From contig CAIMEL010000004.1 in NCBI GenBank assembly GCA_903840015.1, forward strand, positions 30,671-94,670: DNA of 64,000 nucleotides, in the 5' to 3' direction. Shown here one piece after another: positions 58,602 to 64,000 of the stretch (the stretch's first letter is position 1; the number at the start of each line of letters is the position of its first letter). The position numbers and the translations under genes are program-made. The stretch is from an uncultured bacterium (GTDB lineage Bacteria > Patescibacteriota > Dojkabacteria > SC72). The notes below the pieces were generated by a model. That model saw only the letters and a list, made by a program, of their open reading frames with translations, was not told where the DNA came from and made no database searches.

Positions 58602-59711
58602 ATGAAATTAAAAAATATTCTTCTCTCAACTCTCTTCCTGCTATTTTCCTTCTCCATAGTCTATGGAGAAGAGACAAAACTTTCAGATGTACTGGGACAA
58701 AATGTCGAGGAAACTAGTACAGCAGAGCTAGAGGAGAAGGAGATTGAGAGAGAGGAGAATTTTCTCAATCAGCTATTACTTAAAATCCCACTACAAACAG
58801 ATAATCCCAATCATACAATCACTTTCATAGATCCTTCTGAAGACAAAAAAGGTATACAGCTAGAAATCGATGGAAAAAGCTTTCAGAGTATAAAGAGTCC
58901 ATACTCATTACCATCTTTGAGCATCGGCAAACATATTCTTCGATTTAAATTTGTGGATAAATATGGAGCTACACAAATCCTAGAGAGAGAGTTAATTGTG
59001 GTCCCACGTCCACCAATAGTAAATTCTCCAGCACAGAGTGAGAATGGTCTAAAAATATCTGGGACGGGATTAGCAAACTCAGAATTGATACTAATACTTT
59101 CTTCAAGTAGCAATATCTTAACAAAGACAACAACTATTTCAGCAGATGGGAATTGGGAGATTACGATAACAGATGAATTAGTTGCAGGGATATACACATT
59201 TACAGGCTACACAAGAAGATATGGATATGCAGGGGATCTTGCAGAACCTGTGACACTAGAGTACGGTGGATACTCTAATACGAAGAACGAGAATAATGGG
59301 AATAAGAAAGATATTCATTTCGCTTTCAAGGATATACCAGTTAATAGTATAGGGGAGGTTCTTGTTAACAACCCAGATCTCATTCTTCTCTTAATCACAA
59401 CCTTTTTGGCAGGGGTTCTTACAGCTACTTTTGTAGGGAATCTACTAAAGAAAAAGAATGAAGAGGTTGTAATAAAAAGTTTTAAGAAACAGATAGATCC
59501 GAAGCCACAAGATTCTCTTACAATATTGGAGAAATTGAACGGAAAAGAAAAGAAGGTGGAGGCGAAAGAGGAAGCAAAGCCGGAGGAAAAGATTGTTACT
59601 AAAATAGATTTCTTAAAGGATTACAAGAAATTTGATCCAGATACAGAGGCAAAAGAGGAACCTGAGAACAAAACACCCAAGATAAAGGTCTCGCTAACAT
59701 CTAAAGATTAG
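58602..59711 (+). CDS. Secreted/membrane-anchored Ig-like domain protein
   Basis: Signal peptide; ISGTG..NS, ADGNW..T Big-like motif; C-terminal TM and charged tail. Confidence 0.75.
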   Translation: MKLKNILLSTLFLLFSFSIVYGEETKLSDVLGQNVEETSTAELEEKEIEREENFLNQLLLKIPLQTDNPNHTITFIDPSEDKKGIQLEIDGKSFQSIKSPYSLPSLSIGKHILRFKFVDKYGATQILERELIVVPRPPIVNSPAQSENGLKISGTGLANSELILILSSSSNILTKTTTISADGNWEITITDELVAGIYTFTGYTRRYGYAGDLAEPVTLEYGGYSNTKNENNGNKKDIHFAFKDIPVNSIGEVLVNNPDLILLLITTFLAGVLTATFVGNLLKKKNEEVVIKSFKKQIDPKPQDSLTILEKLNGKEKKVEAKEEAKPEEKIVTKIDFLKDYKKFDPDTEAKEEPENKTPKIKVSLTSKD

Positions 59712-59743
59712 ATTTTCGTGGTAAAATACTCATAATCAAATCC

Positions 59744-59826
59744 GCCAGGATGGTGAAATGGCAGACACGCTACGTTCAGAACGTAGTCCTAGCAATAGGG
59801 TGGGGGTTCAACTCCCCCTCTTGGCA
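59744..59826 (+). tRNA. tRNA-Leu(CAG)
   Basis: GCCAGGA/TCTTGGC acceptor; CTACG-TTCAGAA-CGTAG; long variable arm; CCA not encoded. Confidence 0.95.
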
Positions 59827-59827
59827 A

Positions 59828-61606
59828 TTATTTCCAATACCATTGATGAACATTGTGGAATCTCTCATAGGAGTACTTAATATTCTCGATATCAAGACCA
59901 ACTAAATCTGATTTTACAAAGTACACGAAGGATGGATTGTACAAGAATATGGCAGGAGAGTCTGCTAAGAGATATTTTTGGAACAGCTCATACTTCTCCT
60001 TTCTTAACTCCTGTTTGAAACTCTTTCTACCATCTTCGAGTAATATATCAACCCTCTCGTAGGCATAACCAGACAGATTCAAATCAGGATAATTACTCTT
60101 TAAGGAATGCCATAGGTTATACTGATCTGGATCTACTGTAACTTCAACTTCATAGAGTAAAAGTTCAAAATCTCTTGTTGCAATAATTTCTTGGGTAATC
60201 TGATTGTAATTCAGCTTCTCTGTTTTTAATATAACTCCCTCTTTCTCAAACAAGTCAACTAACAATAAGACTAATCTTTCATTTGTACTACTTTCAAAAT
60301 AGCTCAAAGTCAAGGTTAAGATCTCTTGGTTCTTAGATTCGTAGTATCCACTTTCTGGATTCTTAACATATCCTACCGATTTAAGTAAAGAGGCTGCCTT
60401 TGCTGGATCATATTGATATGTTGGATATTTTTCTGTAAAAGCCCAAGAATTTTCAGAGTAGGGACCTTGCAGTGAATATCCACCGACACCAGACTCAGTT
60501 AATAATTTCTCCTTATCTAGCAAATGGGTGACAGCTTCTCTAAGTTCTTTCCTTTTAAGAAACTCTTTTCTCATATTAAAAAATATATTTTTGACTCGAA
60601 AATCTTCCCTCTTTACATATTTAGTCACATTTGGGTATTCCCCTAAGAAAGTAAATAATTCTTGATCCCATCCTCCCAATCCATCCAATGCTCCAATCCT
60701 GAAAGCTGTTTCCAAGCTTTCTTTGTCTGGGTAGATCTTCAGAACAATCTCTTTAATCGCTGGGGAATATTTATCATATTCGTTATCTTGTAAGAAAACT
60801 GCATTCTGCTCCGTTCTAGTAACCTTGTACTTCCCGCTACCTATTGGATACTTAGCAAACATATCGAAGGGCATCTGTTCAAGATCTACAGCTTCCAATC
60901 TCATCTTCGGTACTATTGATATCGATATAGCCTCCCAGAAAGAGGGGGTAACTTCAGACAGAACAAATTTTAAATTATGCTCACCTGTTCGCTCTATCTT
61001 TAAGCCACTCAATGCAGCTCCTACCGAGTCATACCCATAATCTTTATGCAAAGATATTGCAGTTTCAAAAGTGAAAATCACATCATCTACAGTTAGTTTT
61101 TCACCCGTTTGCCAATATATATCTGAAGCTATTTCAAAATCATATGTCAATCTATCATTCGAGACATTCCATTTGACAGCAATTTCAGGTAAAGGATTAC
61201 CTTTTTTATCTATATTTACAAATCTTTCAAATACTAATTCCTCAACAGCCCTGTCAACATAGTTATTCGAAAGAAAAAGAGGATTAAACGAACTTATAGC
61301 TCCAACACTACCTTCAGTATAAATATTCTTCTTGCTCTCTGTATCAAAAAGTTTTGCAACTATTTCGGACTGTAAAAAGAGTGATAATAAAACTCCACAG
61401 ATTAAAAAAACTACTATATAGCTAAAGGGAACAAACAACTTGAAAAGCTTAGAAAAATACAACGGATAGTTCCAAACAACATCTCTCAAAGATAATCTCT
61501 CTCTCTTTTCTTGAACTTCCTCAATATCTACACCTATATCCTCAAGAACACTTCGCATTGTATTTATTGAGGTTGGTCTATCTTTGGAGGTTTCTTTATC
61601 TTTCAT
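59828..61606 (-). CDS. Peptide ABC transporter substrate-binding protein (SBP family 5)
   Basis: W..G..LTVDDV.FT, PIGSG.Y, YDP.KA..LL...G. Confidence 0.9.
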   Translation of the reverse strand: MKDKETSKDRPTSINTMRSVLEDIGVDIEEVQEKRERLSLRDVVWNYPLYFSKLFKLFVPFSYIVVFLICGVLLSLFLQSEIVAKLFDTESKKNIYTEGSVGAISSFNPLFLSNNYVDRAVEELVFERFVNIDKKGNPLPEIAVKWNVSNDRLTYDFEIASDIYWQTGEKLTVDDVIFTFETAISLHKDYGYDSVGAALSGLKIERTGEHNLKFVLSEVTPSFWEAISISIVPKMRLEAVDLEQMPFDMFAKYPIGSGKYKVTRTEQNAVFLQDNEYDKYSPAIKEIVLKIYPDKESLETAFRIGALDGLGGWDQELFTFLGEYPNVTKYVKREDFRVKNIFFNMRKEFLKRKELREAVTHLLDKEKLLTESGVGGYSLQGPYSENSWAFTEKYPTYQYDPAKAASLLKSVGYVKNPESGYYESKNQEILTLTLSYFESSTNERLVLLLVDLFEKEGVILKTEKLNYNQITQEIIATRDFELLLYEVEVTVDPDQYNLWHSLKSNYPDLNLSGYAYERVDILLEDGRKSFKQELRKEKYELFQKYLLADSPAIFLYNPSFVYFVKSDLVGLDIENIKYSYERFHNVHQWYWK

Positions 61607-61621
61607 CCTTTGGGTTATCCC

Positions 61622-61852
61622 TTAAGAATATTTTAATATAATTAAGGACATCACAACTAACACAGCAATCAAAGCTATTGTGAAGTAATAGAGGAATTTC
61701 TCTAATCCTCTTTTTGTTCTAAATACCTCACCACCACCTCCAAACATTTTACCCAAACCTTCAGCTCTGTTCTGCAGCAGAACAGATACAGTCAACAAAA
61801 CACATACGACAATTTGAGAAATCAGAAGAATTTGCATTATATTATTTTCCAT
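61622..61852 (-). CDS. secG: Preprotein translocase subunit SecG
   Basis: VLLQ...GLG..FGGG...RTKRG.EK. Confidence 0.93.
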   Translation of the reverse strand: MENNIMQILLISQIVVCVLLTVSVLLQNRAEGLGKMFGGGGEVFRTKRGLEKFLYYFTIALIAVLVVMSLIILKYS

Positions 61853-61873
61853 ATCGGTTATTATACTATGAAT

Positions 61874-62281
61874 CTACTCAACATCCAATTCTCTATATAT
61901 ACCTGCTATCAAGGAGATTGAAACAGATGTTGCAATAATTGTAATCAAAGGGGTAACTACAAAGTCCTTTACAACCAATGTACCTATCTCCATTCCCTCA
62001 AACATAAATTCTTCGAGATAGAAATCTGTCATGAAGATTTTTAAGAGATAGAAGACACCGGTAAGAAGTAAAGAGCTCATTAAGAAGAATGTCGGGAATT
62101 TACATTTAATGGTTAAGAAGTTCAATACAGGGCAGGCTATCATTATAGTGAGAGCTAGTAAAAAGATCGTTGCTGCAAGATATAAACCTGAGCTTGGTAG
62201 TTTGATTCCTTCTCCGAAAATATTCAGAAACATAAATATTATCAATACATATACTAAGAGAGATTTAATACCTACTTTCAT
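61874..62281 (-). CDS. 4-TM membrane protein (YvlD/DUF360 holin-like)
   Basis: Hydrophobic; P.L..LT..P pattern; typical position upstream of secG. Confidence 0.6.
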   Translation of the reverse strand: MKVGIKSLLVYVLIIFMFLNIFGEGIKLPSSGLYLAATIFLLALTIMIACPVLNFLTIKCKFPTFFLMSSLLLTGVFYLLKIFMTDFYLEEFMFEGMEIGTLVVKDFVVTPLITIIATSVSISLIAGIYRELDVE

Positions 62282-62386
62282 AGTTAAGAATTAACACTTT
62301 ATATACTTATACAGAATACTATTTCCTAAAGAAAAATACAAAATACTTTGAATTTCTTGTATACTGTAGGATCAAGTACTGCCCAT

Positions 62387-63781
62387 ATGAATAACCTTGC
62401 AAAAACAAAGATTGTAGCAACAATAGGACCATCCTCTTGGGATGAAACTGTCCTAAGAAATATGCATCGTAATGGTATGCAACTAGCACGTATTAATGCT
62501 TCATTTGCAGATTTTGAAGAATTAGATAGAGTCGCATCCCTTATTCGAAAAATATCACCCCGTATATCTTTAATCCTAGACACACAAGGGACTAAGATAC
62601 GAGTAAAAGCATTAGAGAAGGAGATTGAGGTAAAGGACAGCTTAGTTATATCTTCGAATGAGCAAAGCCAAGGTATCAAAATTACATACCCGAATCTACA
62701 TAAACACCTTAATATTGGAAATCAAATTCTACTCGATGATGGCAATATAGAGCTTAAGGTTACCGCTATAGAAGGTGAGGATATAGTATGTGAAGTTATA
62801 CAGGGAGGAATCCTAAAACCTAATAAAACAGTAAACATACCCTCAATGAATTTGGTTTTCCCAACTTTAACAGAGAAAGACAAAGAAGACATTGGCAATG
62901 CAATGAAACTAGGGTATGACTTTGTATGTCTTTCCTTTGTAAGAGATAAGAATGACGTCCTTGCAGTAAAGGAGCTTCTAGAGGATTCTTCCATAAAGAT
63001 AATTTCTAAAATCGAGAATCAACTTGGATTAGATTCCTTTGATGAGATATTAAAGGTCAGTGATGCCATTATGATTGCACGAGGTGATCTTGGAGTAGAG
63101 ACACCTTTAGAAGATGTACCCATACTACAAAAAAGAATGATCTATCAATGTCGTGCAGCAGGGAAACCAGTGATTGTTGCTACACAAATGTTAGAATCCA
63201 TGAGAGAAACTATTCGACCCACAAGGGCAGAGGTTTCGGATGTTGCTAATGCAGTTATGGATGGTGCAGATGCATTAATGCTTTCAGCAGAAACATCTAC
63301 AGGTAAAAACCCAGTACAAGCGGTAGAGTATATGAACAGAATTGCTTTAAAAGCTGAGAGTGTCATGCAATTATCACCAATATATGGAAATACTGAGGCC
63401 GGGATAGAAAGCGATGCTATTGCGAAAAATGCTTGCTTCCTTACACAAAATCTAGATATTAACAGCATCATTGTACTCTCTGAATCTAGTGCAACTGTAG
63501 GGAGTGTAACAAGACATAGACCAAACGTGCCTATATATTCTGTAAGTTCTTCAATCAAGAAAGTTAAACAACATAATCTTTACAAAGGCGTTAAGACTTT
63601 CTATATTGAACAATTAGCAGATGACAGAGATCAAGCAATAGCCCAAGCTGTTGAAACAATCTATACGCATGGGGAGTTGGATTTACGTGATAAAATTGCT
63701 ATTATTACCGGTAGTTCAATCAAAGATTGTACCTCTGACAGTATACTAGAGATAGTAACAGTTAAAGACATTCTAGATTAA
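62387..63781 (+). CDS. pyk: Pyruvate kinase
   Basis: KTKIVATIGP, IISKIEN, MIARGDLG, ATQMLESM, PTRAEVSDVANA; ATG at 62387. Confidence 0.97.
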   Translation: MNNLAKTKIVATIGPSSWDETVLRNMHRNGMQLARINASFADFEELDRVASLIRKISPRISLILDTQGTKIRVKALEKEIEVKDSLVISSNEQSQGIKITYPNLHKHLNIGNQILLDDGNIELKVTAIEGEDIVCEVIQGGILKPNKTVNIPSMNLVFPTLTEKDKEDIGNAMKLGYDFVCLSFVRDKNDVLAVKELLEDSSIKIISKIENQLGLDSFDEILKVSDAIMIARGDLGVETPLEDVPILQKRMIYQCRAAGKPVIVATQMLESMRETIRPTRAEVSDVANAVMDGADALMLSAETSTGKNPVQAVEYMNRIALKAESVMQLSPIYGNTEAGIESDAIAKNACFLTQNLDINSIIVLSESSATVGSVTRHRPNVPIYSVSSSIKKVKQHNLYKGVKTFYIEQLADDRDQAIAQAVETIYTHGELDLRDKIAIITGSSIKDCTSDSILEIVTVKDILD

Positions 63782-63784
63782 ACC

Positions 63785-63860
63785 GGTGACGTAGCCAAGT
63801 TGGTTAAGGCCGTGGTCTGCAAAACCACTATCACGGGTTCGAATCCCGTCGTCACCTCCA
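63785..63860 (+). tRNA. tRNA-Cys(GCA)
   Basis: GTGGT-CTGCAAA-ACCAC; GGTTCGAATCC; ends TCCA. Confidence 0.97.
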
Positions 63861-63902
63861 TTGAAAAAACTTAGAGTAAAGATTAAAATACTCAATTAAC
63901 AA

Positions 63903-63986
63903 GCCGGGATGGCGGAACAGGCAGACGCGCGGGACTTAAAATCCCGTTCTAGAAATAGAGTGAGGGTTCGATTCCCTCTTCCGGCA
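63903..63986 (+). tRNA. tRNA-Leu(TAA)
   Basis: CGGGA-CTTAAAA-TCCCG; long variable arm; GGTTCGATTCC. Confidence 0.96.
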
Positions 63987-64000
63987 AGTTATTCAGCATC

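Noticed and set aside
61874-62281. Holin-like gene as evidence of a prophage
   Set aside because: YvlD/DUF360-like membrane proteins are chromosomal; neighbours are secG and pyk, with no phage genes.
4856-63558. Numerous 60-185 aa antisense ORFs overlapping well-supported genes
   Set aside because: Ser/Ile/Phe-rich reverse-frame shadows expected from codon bias; no motifs.
1-64000. CRISPR array, cas genes, integrase, transposase or prophage
   Set aside because: No regularly spaced repeats or mobile-element motifs seen; no att-like duplication of tRNA 3' ends noticed.

Overview
AT-rich, gene-dense bacterial chromosome segment in genetic code 11 (TGA is used as stop). It most likely comes from a Patescibacteria/CPR organism, plausibly Dojkabacteria-like; this is inferred from a form II/III RubisCO, DUF5652, the oppA-secG-holin-like gene order and few Shine-Dalgarno sites. 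Housekeeping and envelope genes include pyrG, glmS, ddl, murB, nagZ, prs, dcd, typA, def, secG, pyk, queH and four tRNAs. No CRISPR array, integrase or transposase was seen. The most notable features are: (1) a stand-alone 283-aa [FeFe]-hydrogenase-like H-domain protein coupled to a deaminase; (2) a variant glmS ribozyme; (3) several unannotated promoter-driven structured RNAs and small ORFs, namely a ~230-nt multi-hairpin ncRNA, a ~100-nt ncRNA, a type-I-toxin-like membrane peptide family at two loci and an SD-occluded basic peptide; (4) a leader-peptide attenuator upstream of an MFS pump next to an ABC-F gene; (5) a divergent sortase beside a Cys-rich LAETG substrate with a thrombospondin-like WSxWSxCS motif, broken by one in-frame TAA; (6) a CsoR copper operon running straight into iscS-iscU-mnmA; (7) widespread leaderless-mRNA promoter geometry. 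All family calls are from motif recognition by eye; no searches were run.
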